NCBI RefSeq assembly: GCF_964204645.1 | Contig: NC_134026.1 | Location: forward strand, 19,068,150 to 19,132,149 | Length of the DNA: 64,000 nucleotides | Direction of reading: 5' to 3' | DNA from: Tubulanus polymorphus | Lineage: Eukaryota > Animalia > Nemertea | Shown here: positions 1 to 41,424 of the stretch, piece by piece | How the letters are laid out: each line of letters starts with the position of its first letter | How positions within the stretch are numbered: position 1 is the stretch's first letter | The notes under the pieces: model-generated | Database searches by the model: none | What the model was told of the DNA's origin: nothing | The model's input: only the letters and a program-made list of their open reading frames with translations | Translations under genes and position numbers: made by a program

Positions 1-89
1 TTTAAACACCCTCAACCCGCTAAGCGCCACACAGGGCATTATAAGCGTGTTCGATGTTTCTTTTTTCCCAATGGGAGAGAGACCAGAGA

Positions 90-201
90 AGAACCTTCGA
101 CCAAGAAACTCTGTCGCCACCAGGATTTGAACCCATAAACCCTGGATTGACGAGTGACCAGTGACCGGCGGAATTAAACACTCGGTCATCGGCCACTGCA
201 C
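90..201 (-). mobile_element. tRNA-derived SINE head (fragment)
   Basis: Reverse complement has an A-box-like TGACCGAGTGTTTAA and a B-box GGTTCAAATCC with tRNA-like spacing, but no complete cloverleaf. Confidence 0.55.
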
Positions 202-547
202 CTCTCTGGTCGGTATCCATCTTGAAAATAGCTCCGTCTCTTGGTGATCGTCGGCGTTTGACCACAAACGCATCCTTGTGTTACGGTGACAAACGCATGA
301 ACCATGTGCTTTAAAAAAAACTAAATGCATCATTGTTCCGATTCAAACATAAACACGTTGTCCGATATAACAGTATTGATGCGTGCGGTAGTCTACTGGG
401 TTTCTGAGAAATAGTTAAAAACGAACAAAGACATATAATTATTAAACATGTATATACATTCAGCACATCGTACTTCATTATAATAAATAACATTCATAGG
501 AATTAGTTTGCGTTTTTCATCACATTTACGGTTGACCGCATTTCCGA

Positions 548-2958
548 TCACAACAGTCTTTGCATACTACGGTCAAGCTCATGGCGATGCATTGACAACA
601 AAGAACCCTTTTTCTTTGCGTCTTGTGGTTTTTGGTTCGTATTTTGTGGTAAAACATCTAATTTATCGTCCATTTTTGACGTGTCTCCTTTGATGTTCTG
701 CTTTCTTTTTTTCGTCATTTGTTTTTCACAAGCCAGGTCAGCCGAACTCGTGGCCGAACGTTCCTCTTCCAGGACTCGTAGGTCCTTCTCATCTGATCTT
801 CCAATTCTTCTGAAAAGCAACGTAATAATTTGCATTGGAAAAAGTATTTAGTGCAGCGCATTCAATGTATATTTTCTTAAAATGTTTCGACCAGTTCGGG
901 ATGTATTAACACTTTATTCAAATATTGATTGGTCAATGCTTGTTAGTTCCTCTTGATATATTCAATGCTTGTTAGTTCCTCTTGATATATTCAATGCTTG
1001 TTAGTTCCTCTTGATATATTATTACATTCCGAAAATACGCGTTGACCCTTATCAAATGAAAACGTCTTCGTGCGTTTTGTAAGAGACAAAACATACGAAA
1101 AATCAGGATAAATCAATGTCGGTTCACCTCAACAATGTATTGGTTCGGAGGCGTTTTTGTCGGGGTGCCGTCCCGTTGTTCGGGCTGTAGTCCCAGGAAG
1201 GTGGCGTTGGAGGCCGCACATTTGCGTTCTGTTTCTCCATCTTCAACGCCGCAATCCTGTCATTCATGAGAACTGGTGGCAAAGAAATCGACGCCGCTGG
1301 AAAACAACGAAAGATAATTCAACACATCAAATGTACACATTTTAACTAGCAGAGTATAGCCGAATCGAATGAGATTGAATAAAACTTTAAAATTCATAGA
1401 TTTACTCGCAGGTGGCTTTTTGACGACCTTCAAGGGTCGTAATTCTAGCTGCGTTTCTGGATTGGACCGAGCGGTATACGGCGGCGACATTCTTTCCGGT
1501 ATGTTCATATCATGCGATAAAGCTGTCATTTCTGGATTCCTCTACAAAATGATGATATAGATTTTTACAGCTGAGTGACGAGTTTCATTGATACATGGAC
1601 ACATAACTTGCATCCAATATCAAATATATCCTATGGTTTAGTCCAACCCATCCTCCCTCAGCAGGGATTCGAACCTGATGGCATCGCTACACTCAGCCAC
1701 GGCACGAACCCCTGCCACAGTATATCGCGTGCGCAGGTATATGCGCAGCTTTGCCGCGCGAAAACTCGCGGCACCAATCAGATTGCTCGTTGTATAATCG
1801 CTGAGGTAGATTTCACAGAAGAACTATAAATAAACATGACTGTGTGTCCTGTTAGCCTGCTGTGTGCGGACTGGAGTACTGTGTGTCCTGTTTGCCTGCT
1901 GTTAGCGGGGTCTAGGGCTGCGTGCCCCGGAGTCTACTGTGTGTGGACTTGAGGCTTTGTACTAGAGGCTTTGTGCCTCGTAGGACTGTGTCCTGTTGCC
2001 CGCTGTGCGTGGGCTGGAGGATTGTGTGCCCTGGAGTCTGCTGTGTGTGATAAAAGAATGGAAAAAAAAGAAAGGGACGTTTTTACGTTTAAAAAAAGAA
2101 AAGAAAGAGAAATTAATATAAAAATAAAAAGTATTAATGAATTGTGAATTTTAGGGCAGTGAGAACACGAGGTCAGGGTTGTTGGTTCTCTATTTTCGGG
2201 TGACGAAACTATTACCAGTTATGTAATTTTGGATCTTCCATAAAACTGGCATTTTCAATTGTATTATATTAGATAATGGACAGTGCAGTCAACGGTATTG
2301 AAATTTCACACGCTATCCGTATGTAGTTGCAGTGACACTAATTACAAGGTATATCGATTAGTACTGGTACATGATTTCAGCTGATTCAAACAACCATCGT
2401 CGGCGAAGATGGTGGATAATACATGTATATTATATGGTGGAAATATAGTATAGATATAGAACTCATGATCAAATAAAGTAATGGAATGGAACGAACTTAT
2501 TACGGCACTCACACAGCCTACTAATAGATGTACCCATGAAGTCCCATATTAACGCGTTTCATTTTGGGATTTATCTACAGCTGTTTCATTCAAATTGTTT
2601 AACAATTCGATTCTTGTATGATGATATTCACCTTTGAAGAATTTGAAGATATAGGGGTAGATGGCAGCACTTTATATCTTTCGCCAAGGACTGGAGCCAC
2701 TAGCGCCTGATTCGTTTCATCCGGGTGGTCTAGGGATTTTGTTTGCCTCGCCTTCATCAAAACGAAGCCACCAGCCTCAGACTTCGAGACGTCCTCCCAG
2801 TGTCGGCTACCGGCTCCATCCATCGATAACGAAGGTCGATGATGAACAAGAGGCACATTCTGAGAATGAGATGCTTTCAATTCGCCCAGGTAATGTTCAC
2901 TTTGCATCGAGCGAGAAATCTCCTCTGATTTTCTGCCTTTAGAGTCCTTTTTAGCCAT
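548..2958 (-). CDS. Uncharacterised 297-aa hydrophilic protein, 4 coding exons: 2958-2632, 1541-1406, 1296-1128, 809-548
   Basis: All three introns are GT...AG with pyrimidine-rich acceptors. Phases 0, 1 and 2 all match, giving one open frame of 894 nt (MAKKDSKGRK...SSK|RNPEMTAL...KPPA|TASISLPP...TLL|RRIGRSDE...MQRLL*). No domain recognised. Confidence 0.75.
933..1020. repeat. Intronic minisatellite, 29-bp unit x3
   Basis: TCAATGCTTGTTAGTTCCTCTTGATATAT repeated three times. Confidence 0.9.
1650..1716 (-). mobile_element. tRNA-derived SINE fragment
   Basis: Reverse complement contains GTGGCTGAGTG (A-box-like) and GGTTCGAATCC (B-box). Confidence 0.4.
1839..2049. repeat. Degenerate TG-rich tandem repeat
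   Basis: Repeated CTGTGTGT/CCTGTT...GCCTGCTGT/GGAGT motifs. Confidence 0.6.
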
Positions 2959-3083
2959 CAAATTTATCCGTGTGGCCCACTTGAGAGGAAGTCATTCCTT
3001 GGCACAGTACCCATAGAATCATCCTTTAAATGAAATAAAAGAAATTTAATATCGCATAAGCATACTTTGATAGGGCCTTTCAG

Positions 3084-3330
3084 TGGTGGCTGATTCGGGA
3101 CATGAAACAATTTTTTTTTTGTCCTCCACGAAAACGTGCAAAAACAAATTTGACCGCGCAAAATGAAAATTATCGCACAAAGACAAACTTTTATCGCGCA
3201 AAAACGAAATAATCCGTTTTTGCGCGCTAAAAGTTTGTTTTTGTGCTTTTGCGCGGGTGCAAAAACAAATATTTGTTTTTGCGCGGGCGCAAAAACGAAA
3301 GTTTGTTTTTGGTCGTGAAATTAAAAAATA
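3084..3330. mobile_element. Partial copy of the TATGGTGGCTGAT MITE family
   Basis: Begins TGGTGGCTGATTCGGG and has the GCGCAAAAAC / GTTTTTGCGC internal repeats seen at 30784, 35445 and 39603. Confidence 0.6.
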
Positions 3331-5772
3331 TTACGCCTGCTGGTATGATGTTACGCCGTCGCCATCTATTAGATCAAGCAGTAACTATGTGATAACTTGC
3401 TAGATCTACATAGTCCCAGCCCTCATTAACATAAGATTTGAATATAAAATGGAACTGGTAGAATATTCTGAAAATAGCTTATGTTCAATCTAACCCAACT
3501 ATTTAACCCAACTGGTGAAACACAAAATGTTCAATAGGGTTAGTCATGAGACAAATAGAGATCTGTACGACGTAAAGTAATGTAAACAAACAAACAAACA
3601 ACATCAAAATTCATTTATTCTTATTAATTCTGTATCTACAAATCTGGACGCATGGTCTAATATGGGCATCTATATAAGCGTTTTCCTGTACCCAATACCC
3701 CTAACCACACTTTAACCACGGTTAGCACTAACAGGGTCTTCCTGCGCTGGCCCCTGGATTGATAATTAATCAGTCTACTGAACGTTAAAACAATGAATTT
3801 ACATATCATCAATCGTGGATTCATTTAATATCAACTTCGAGTACACAGCACACAAATCTACTGTCAATAAGTAAACACTGTGTAGCTATGTTGATCGGAA
3901 CAATCAATTCCATTGATTTCAACAGCAGGTGATTAAATGATAACGTATTGAGTTGATTCAAATTATCACAGTAAATACTAGCAGATTTTATACCGAAAAC
4001 CTTACAGAATAACATTTCTTATTGGTGATGAATTGATAAATCGAAGAAATTATTCGTCCTTGAAATCCACCTCTAGGTGAATAGATGCGTATACATAATG
4101 TTCGAACACTGCGGGATGAAAGTTGTATATAGTTTATGCTACAGTACCGATTTTCAATGGAGAACATAATAAGAAAGCCGTTTAATCAATAAGCCAACGC
4201 TGCCAATAAACGAATAGGGCACATCTCACGAGCTATTTCTGGTAAGCAAGATCTTTTGTCCGAATAAGATATAGATATGTAATATGTAAGATATGTAATC
4301 TTGTGCATATGTTAATTCCATCGACTAATGCTTCCATTGTAATTTCTATGCAGAAGCAACAAAAATCGGGCGATTGAAGAAGAAGAAATGGATTTAACGT
4401 CAATGTTTGGGAGAAAGAAATTCTCTCCCATACCCGGTAGGGCTATATCAAATTTCAAATACATGTTCCGTACGTAGCATGCCCTGATAATACTAACTTT
4501 TGAGACAAATACAATAGGCAAAATACAAAAAATACATTCGAGTAGGCATTATAGGCTAATTATCTGAATCGGCGTATTGTTATCATCTGGAATTATGAAT
4601 ACCGAACTTAAATAAAGCAACCAGACCTATTCAAAAGATGCATTGTACGCGGGCATCGTGTCTTCCACGTATAAACCTTTAGTGGCTTAGCCTCAAATCT
4701 AAAAGTCACTTCATCGATAAACGATAATTCCGAAATCCCGATTAACAGAAATGATGATAGGCAAGATATGAATTGTGGAATTTTCTTATCCATACAAACT
4801 GAGGAAAGCATCAGTCTACCGACCTTAGAATAACTTCACTTACCGCTGTTTGGTCTCATGCGTCTCATCGTGTTGACTATCGCATCGTCCGTCTATCTCT
4901 GACGGTGTTCAGTAATGAAGCGCGCCCAGTTCAGTATCCCGCGTACTCATTAGCAATCTTATTATTTGTATCATGACACCGTATTGATCACGCAAGCAAT
5001 AGTTTCCGCTCTTATAATATACACGTGAGTTCTTCAATTATACAACGCGAAACCAGTTATAAAGCTACTAAGGTAGTAGAATTTGATGTCGTTCTCAAAT
5101 TCATTGGATACATTATTGAAAGCCTCGCGTCGTAATTCCAGCGGCCAACGCTATTGAACGTCTCATACCAAATTAAAGTATTTACGCAAACCTGTTTTTT
5201 AGAACGCTGTTTCATGCGCGTACCTAAAATAACATTTTCAAGCTGTAAAATATTGAATCTTGTCATCATTCCGAAAGAAATCTACTTTCCGTAATTCTAA
5301 TACACGCTTACATAGAATGCATCGATCAAGTGCTTCTTACGTATCTTAGAATAGGGCCTATCATAGAACGCCATCTAGTGACAATTTACCTGGCTCTTAT
5401 TGATTTCTGTTTTAGTTAATAACGCAATGCTTGAAATTTCCTCGGTAACTTTATCGACAGCTCGCGTTGTTACAGTTGCTATAAGCAATACTTCGGTGCT
5501 TGTATTTATTGGTCGTGCGCTATACGTGCGAAAAATTTCATACACGTCAAGCTAAACATCGCTCTATACGGGCTGTAATCACATATCAAACAGAATATTT
5601 TCTCATTTGACAACACAGCATTTATATCATCGTGTATAGGTGGCATTTGATGGCAAAACGATGGCAATTAGGTGACAATCATTTATGTTTGTAAATGTAT
5701 TTAAGTTACTTGGTTTCCTTTATATTACTTAATTTACATTTATACAAACGCATAATATAAGTCGCCTTCGAT

Positions 5773-18546
<12,774 letters not shown>

Positions 18547-19312
18547 CTGAAGTTAGAACATTCCTTCTATTCTACAAAAATTCGTCCAATCTTTAGTAGT
18601 TTAATTGGTATTGTATTGCGTATTTTAGAACCGTGTTAACGCTGTATTGTAAATATTCTATGTACATTATCAGTTTCATAATAAAGAATGATGCAACAAT
18701 TTTCAAAAGCAACTTCATATAACGATGTATGGGCGCCAGTATTTTGTACACCCAGGTTTATTATGACCGCAACCACGGGTTTTATCATTAAAGCTTCGCG
18801 TAAGCCTACGCGAGACATCGCGACTAGTAGAAGTATTTACGCAACCAGAGACTGAGGCAAAAACAGATATGTGGCGATAAGGCCAGGCGCCCGAGACCCA
18901 CTGACATTTATTGCCCCCGAAGGAGTTACGTAAAATACAATATAGATGCATATAGAAATCACACAAAAACTAGGTCAAAGTACATAAATACGGAAACACC
19001 TTGATCGGTCAGAGGTTGAGAGCTGTACCCATTGTCATGGTAACTGTATGATTCAATAATGCAATTAATAGAAATTTGATAATTAGAGAGTTCATGTGGG
19101 AACCGCCACACATCCACCTCGTATGTGGCTCCCCCACGACGAACCTCCACTAAGTCACTACTCCATTAAGTCGTTCTGCGAAACAGGCCCCGGACATCAC
19201 GAAGGCACTTGTTATGACAAAAACCGACTAGAAAATCAGCAAATCCTTAAAATTTTGCAATAATTTATTGTGCAACTATAAAAGATTGCCACCATTTGAC
19301 GGACTCGGTACC

Positions 19313-19385
19313 ATGCGTTTATCGGGCCAGTTCTGGTTTCTCTTGATTCTTTTGTACGTGCACATAATCGGATGTCAAACGACAG
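19313..19385 (+). CDS. Duplicated/alternative signal-peptide exon (copy A) of the SRCR-FN3 receptor
   Basis: MRLSGQFWFLLILLYVHIIGCQTT plus a phase-1 GT donor. TATAAAAG lies at about 19277. Paralogous to 21288-21360. Confidence 0.65.
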
Positions 19386-19600
19386 GTAAAAAATAAAGGT
19401 AAACTACTGCATGGAATAATCTAAATCTAAATCATATGACGCGAAAAAGGCTCATAACACCGTCGATTGATGGGATACGGCCTTTCCGAAGCCAACGAGG
19501 ATCCGGACAGTACACCTGCCCCACCTAAAAGCTTCAGTTCGGTTTTATCATGGACGTATTTTTTAATTTAGCTTATACGTCAACGGTTTTATGACGCCTG

Positions 19601-19915
19601 GGGCCGGTTGCATAATCATGGCTTAGACTTAAGACCAGTCTAAGACCAACTTCTAGCTAAACTAGCCAACTTCTTCTAAAACCAGTTCTATAGCCAATCT
19701 AACCACTTACGACCAGTTTTAAGATTTTAGACCACTTTTGGACCTAAGTCACGACTGTGCAACTGATGGCCCCTGGGGCCGGTTGCATATAGTCATGGCT
19801 AAGACTTAAGACCAGTCTAAGACCAACTTAGTTCTATAGCCAATCCAACAATTTAAGACCAGTCTTGAGATTTAAGACCACTTTGGGACTTAAGTCACGA
19901 CTGTGCAACTGGCCT
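19601..19915. mobile_element. Two tandem PIF/Harbinger-like MITEs (19601-19772 and 19776-19915)
   Basis: TIRs GGGCCGGTTGCA...TGCAACTGGCC(C/T). CTG is present before, between and after the copies. Absent from the paralogous segment at about 21555. Confidence 0.8.
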
Positions 19916-20733
19916 CTGGATTTTTGCACAGTAGGCAGAACCCGGATCTAATATTTGCTGTAGACCGGGTAAACTTTTCGCTGTGACCCAAATCCCATGC
20001 GAGCTTTGGTTATCGCAGTTGCTGAGTCGCAAATTTGAAAAGTATGCAATACCGAATGTCAGTTAGTCCGAACTATAGTCCAAAAATATTGAACCACGTC
20101 GCTTTTGTTCAGACCTCAGTTCTAAGATGGCCCTATGAAATCCGATGTTTGCCGATGATCCGTCAGTATGGGATACCAGTCAATTGCTGAGGTAGCAGCA
20201 ATTAACTGGTGGACTGATGTTGATCGGGTGACGACCGAGAAAACCATGCTGCTGGCCGATTAAAATCGATCTTTCAGACAAGCAATTGAATTGGAAGCAG
20301 GAATCAGTTTTAGAAAAACATTTTAGTGCATCCATCTCCGGGTTTTTACCATATCTGACAATACATGTATACACTCTCACGTTGTTGATTTTTTTAAGTA
20401 TTCATCCCATATTTGGTTGTCTATTCGACCATATTTCATATAATAAGAGTTCAGCCAGTGTCACCCTAACGTAACTGTTGTCGAAAAGAACCTGAAAAAA
20501 AATCGTCGCAATAGGGAAATTTCCAGTTACCAGGCGCCATTTTGAGGCGGTCCCAAAGGTCCCACATTGTTGGACAGATTTTAACATTTGTTAAACTAAA
20601 ACTTCTAGAGCGATTAATTGTCGTCCATCCCTCTTTAGGCACAAAAATTAAAGTCATGTATCGTTAGAAAGGTGAACATTTCTATGATCCGATGGTGTTT
20701 CTTTCATGTTTCTCGGCTGCAACAATCGGATAC

Positions 20734-20908
20734 TACGGAAGAGCAATACGGCCAACATACAAACTCGAAAAGTCGACTTTTTAAGGTCGAAAAGTAGGCT
20801 TACGAAGTCGAAAAGTCGACTTATTAAGTCGAAAAGTCGCCTTACTAATTCGAAAAGTCGACTTTCTAAACGGAAAATAAAATTTTGTTGGCCGCATTGC
20901 TCTTCCGT
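20734..20908. mobile_element. MITE with TACGGAAG termini, internal 21-bp tandem array and 6-bp TSD
   Basis: TACGGAAGAGCAATACGGCCAACA...TGTTGGCCGCATTGCTCTTCCGT, flanked by GGATAC on both sides; internal GTCGAAAAGTCGACTT repeats. Confidence 0.75.
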
Positions 20909-21287
20909 GGATACAGTTGCAGTTTGAAAAATATACGTCACTTTTAGGAAGGCGCCTCAAAAAAATTAGTAATTGATTGTAACTTTTTTATGTTTTGAAT
21001 TACAATGTAGATTTTTCAGTGAAGATACAGTTTTATCTGAGGATTTTGTTGATATCGCATTCGTAAATATATCTTCATAGAAACGTGCGTGGCCGGTTGA
21101 GTCAAGCGCAAAGCGAGCACGAGTGGTTGACCGTCGAGTTTTCGGATTTACATAATTGTTTGCGTAATTCGAAGTACACAATTGGAAATACTGTGCGGTA
21201 TCATGACTAAAAATAGACGTAATTACTTTCTCTTGACTGATTCACTGTAACGAGATCGTGATTGCCACCATTTAGGCACTCGGTACC

Positions 21288-37353
<16,066 letters not shown>

Positions 37354-37653
37354 AATTTGTGTTTACCGAGCCAGATATATAAGTGGAACAATACAGCTCG
37401 CACAATCGATATCTCTTCATTCATAGAATTTAACTCATTTTCTCTTGGGTATCGTATGTACGTATCATATATACTTCCAAATCATCCGAAATATAATGTT
37501 ATATATTTATTCATTTCGTAATGCAAAATAAAAAAAATTGATATAAAGATTTTCAGATATTTGTATGAGAGTATGTTGCAACAATTTTCGAGTTTCTTAT
37601 GACGCATATGCGCAAATATTCCACCTAGGGCATACTGGTACAATAACTTTAAT

Positions 37654-37891
37654 TACGGAAGCGTCCTGGTGACATATCTATTCAAAAAAATTTTCGAGGT
37701 AAACTCGGTATAAATTAGTTTTCTCAGTTGAAAGTGATTTTAGAGGTTTATTCCGAGTTTGTAACTCGGAATAAACTAGTTTTCTCAGTAAAATGTGATT
37801 TTTGGAGGTTTAATCCGAGAGTTACAAACTCGGAATTAACTTCGAAATTTTTTTTTTTGAATAGATATGTCCACGGCGGGACGCTTCCGTA
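37654..37891. mobile_element. MITE with TACGGAAG...CTTCCGTA termini
   Basis: TACGGAAGCGTCC..GACATATCTATTCAAAAAAA mirrored at the right end; no clear TSD. Confidence 0.75.
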
Positions 37892-38947
37892 CTGTTATGA
37901 TTGTACATGTAATGCCTTGAAGTTGACCCAGTTCCATTTAAGTTGGAAGTTTGACTCGAGAGATTGTTCGTCTTCATAGTTTGAATCTTCAGTCACTTTT
38001 AACCGAGAATTATGAAATTGTATCCAGAGATAGAGACGAACGTCTAACCGACGCAAACGTTATATCTAGTAACACTCCCATTTATACTAAATTACATATT
38101 CATTACTCTTTTTCACAAATACATACTGCGTGTGTTGCATTTCATACGTATAAGATGCAAAATAAAATTCAGTCGTAGATCAGAAATTAAACCTGTTATT
38201 TGGCAGTTGGTAAACAAGATTTCATCTCAGATGTTTTCGGTTCGATATTATTTGGTATATAATCCGTTTCACTAATATGTTAGTGACAAACACAGTAACG
38301 GATCTAGCTATTAATAAAATGCATGGCATGGTATTCGGGAAGATTGCAAATGGATACAGGTGTATTCCGAGCGTATTTTCAACAATCCACTCACCAAAAA
38401 AGGTCAGCAAAAAACTGAAGTGCTATCAATGTCATGAAAATGACTCGATGTTGATAGTCTATAAAAAACGCAAAATCCTGCGCTGCTCGATCGAGATACA
38501 AGTGAACGCAATCCAACAAGAACATAATTTCGCACTTTTCTTGTTACAGCTCCACAGCCGCCGGCACTTCTCGTTCAGCTAAGTCACTGCGCAGGATAGG
38601 GAAAGTGAATAGGCTAGATAGTATTGTCGGAAAATATAAGTCTTTCGTCGGTTTGCAGATAAAATTTCCTGCTTGACATGTGAAGTAAAAGAAGAACATG
38701 ACTTATTAACTAACATACGCTAGATCACCCAGATTTAACCAGTCTTGATTAAGGTATACAGTTTTCGTCTATTGTTGGGGGAAACATGAGAGACTCGACA
38801 TTTTTTGAACCTTTTTCATCGGTTCCCACCATTGACTAATGCACCGAATTATCTAATACAGATGTTCGTCTTATGCGGACAAAATAATCGACAATATTCC
38901 AGTTTTCGAAATAAAAGTGATAGCATAATACAGCCTAGTTTAGTTTC

Positions 38948-40893
38948 GTGTGTGATTTCTAAGAAAGTCGGTTTTCCATGAGGTGAAATTCGTGTAGACA
39001 AAATCAGGGTTTAGAATTCAAATACGACATGATGCGTGATAATGACAGAATCATTTTTATATCAACTTGACTCGTGTGCTAGGCTTCACTTAAGTAAAAG
39101 CATAGTGAAGCGTCATCACACGAAATAACCTCTACTTTTTAACAGTTTCACGTAAGTAATTTTGACTAGTAGACATATGTAATATTTTAGTTGTTTCGCT
39201 AACCGTCAGTAGGGTCTTAAACGAGATCGGTGCACTAGATGGTAATACATTTCAAATGACGTTTGTAAAACGTAAACATTTAGTTGCCTGAAAGGTACAT
39301 ACAAGAGTTAGTTATGACATTTTAAAAAAATTAGATATCTTTTAAAGCGAAAAAAGTAATCTATTCCAAATACGAATATTTAGAAATCTTTTAAATTTCT
39401 AATATCATATAACACTTTGATTATCTTTTTAATCATATCATAACAATATATCATTTCCCTATAGTTTATACGTGAACTACACCTAAACAATTCATTAACT
39501 GTCATTCATTATTTACTATTTGTAAAAGTACTAATTCAAGATTAAACGTTTCCTTCTAGTATATAATAAAATTACATAAAATATTATATTAATTGATATC
39601 CTTTTGTTTTTGCACCCATGCAAAAACAAACTTTTAGTGCGCAAAAACGAAATATTTGGTTTTTGCGCGTTAAAAGTTTGTTTTTGCGCGGTAAGATTCG
39701 TTTCTGTGCGGATTTATGGATTTATTTGTTTTTACGCGTTAAAAGTTTGCTTTCCCATCGAAATATTTGTTTTTGCGCGTTTTCGTGAAGGAAAATTACA
39801 TCTCCCGAATCAGCCACCATAGTTTGAAGATAAAACTTTACTTTCAATCTCAAAAAATAACCGTTTTTCGTTGTTTTGGCGCTCCATAATTGTCTTTTAA
39901 AGGAAATTCGAAGTTTTTTTTTCGTTTTGGTGTTCTGGTGCTCTCATTTGTATATCAGAAATTTTACGTTATGGCCCTTATCAGCCACCATACATACCAG
40001 TGTAGACTTTACAAGACTGGTGTTTTGACTGGCCGAACATGCGTTGAGTCTTTTACTTTATTTTACTTTACTTTTGTTTCCGATAAACTCAGGTCTTTCA
40101 TTTTGATGATTAAAGCCCGCCGCCACGGCAAAACGTTTGTTTCACCAAAACAGAAAACACGTTTTTGCGACAAAAAAAAATAAGTTAGAACAAATCGTTA
40201 GATGAAAAACGCCAAGCGCCTAAGCTGCTTGACGTTTATTTGAAAATTATGATAAAATGCGTGACCTACAAGCAGTCTTGATGCCTTGATTAAAGCCCAC
40301 CGCACACGCCAAGACGCTTGTTTCACCAAAACAGAAAACACGTTTTTCATAAAACGTTTTTAGTGCAATTTCATCGAAAAACATTTTTCACACTTTTCGT
40401 ATATTGGGGGAAGTGCTTATTGAACACTTAAGATCTCAGATGGACTAAAGTGCGTGACTTTTAAGAAATTCGGTTTTCCATTAGGTTAAATTCATTTCGA
40501 AGACAAAATTATGGTGTACGATTCACATACGACATGACGCGTGATGGCGGAATCGTTTAAATCCTCTTGACTCGTGTGGTAGATTTCACTTGATTACTTC
40601 ACAATGAAGCATCAAAATCACATGAAATTCTTTCTTTTCTTAACAGTTTGGGGTAAGTAATTTTTACTATAGTTTTCTTGTCTTTTCGTTATTCATCAGG
40701 ACAGTCTCAAAAGTAAAGAGATCGATGCATTAAATCGTAAAATATTTGAAATGACGTTTGAAATGAAGTAAAACATAAACATTTGATAAACGATAAACAT
40801 TTGATTACCTGCTTACATTAAAGGGTTTTTATGGCATTTTCTAAAAAAACAATACTTTTCAAAGCGAAAAAAGTAGTCTATTCCAAATACGAA
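38948..40893 (+). repeat. Diverged local duplication, about 430 bp (38948-39376 and 40450-40893)
   Basis: Shared blocks CGGTTTTCCAT, TACGACATGA, CTTGACTCGTGTG, TTAACAGTTT...GTAAGTAATTTT, AAAGCGAAAAAAGTA.TCTATTCCAAATACGAA. Confidence 0.85.
39603..39992. mobile_element. Two right-end fragments of the TATGGTGGCTGAT MITE family
   Basis: CCCGAATCAGCCACCATA ending at about 39821 and GGCCCTTATCAGCCACCATA ending at about 39992. Confidence 0.65.
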
Positions 40894-41424
40894 GTTTTGA
40901 AAACAATTTGTTTATTTAGTGACCGAAGAGGAACGTAAAAATTTTTGGGGAAAGGTACATTGGTAAAATAAAAGGCTGTTTACCAGTAGCTAGCGCGGGA
41001 GCTTTAATTTCTAAAGTGAATTTCTTTTAATTTTTGAGGGATCGGTTAATGTGTCTTCTTTCATCGGGAAAATGTAAATTATGAATTGACCATCCTCGGA
41101 ACTTGGGAATGATAAACTTGATTTAAACCGAGCTTAATACTAAGATAGGTAAAAGACAAATAATTGAAGGTACGATTCATTATCGGTAGGTTCCTACAGA
41201 CCGAAATTTTAAAAAGGATTATACGCAATTAAAAATTAAAAATTAAGAACGGGTATTTTGATCATTAGATTCCCATGCATATGTGAATGACAAATATGGG
41301 TAATGGGAGTTTAAATGTAAAAGAAAGCTGATCCTATACTACAGAGGCCTGGAGGTGATATGTTTTTCTTTTCGTGGACACGAAATGTTTTTTGTAGGGG
41401 CAAAAAACTTTTCGCTCACGACAG

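Noticed and set aside
5367-5383. Single CTCF-like motif (reverse strand GTCACTAGATGGCG) upstream of PDZD7
   Set aside because: One short imperfect match is expected by chance in 64 kb.
20654-20941. ORFs with KSKSRL / SRLFD heptad repeats
   Set aside because: Translations of the 21-bp array inside a MITE.
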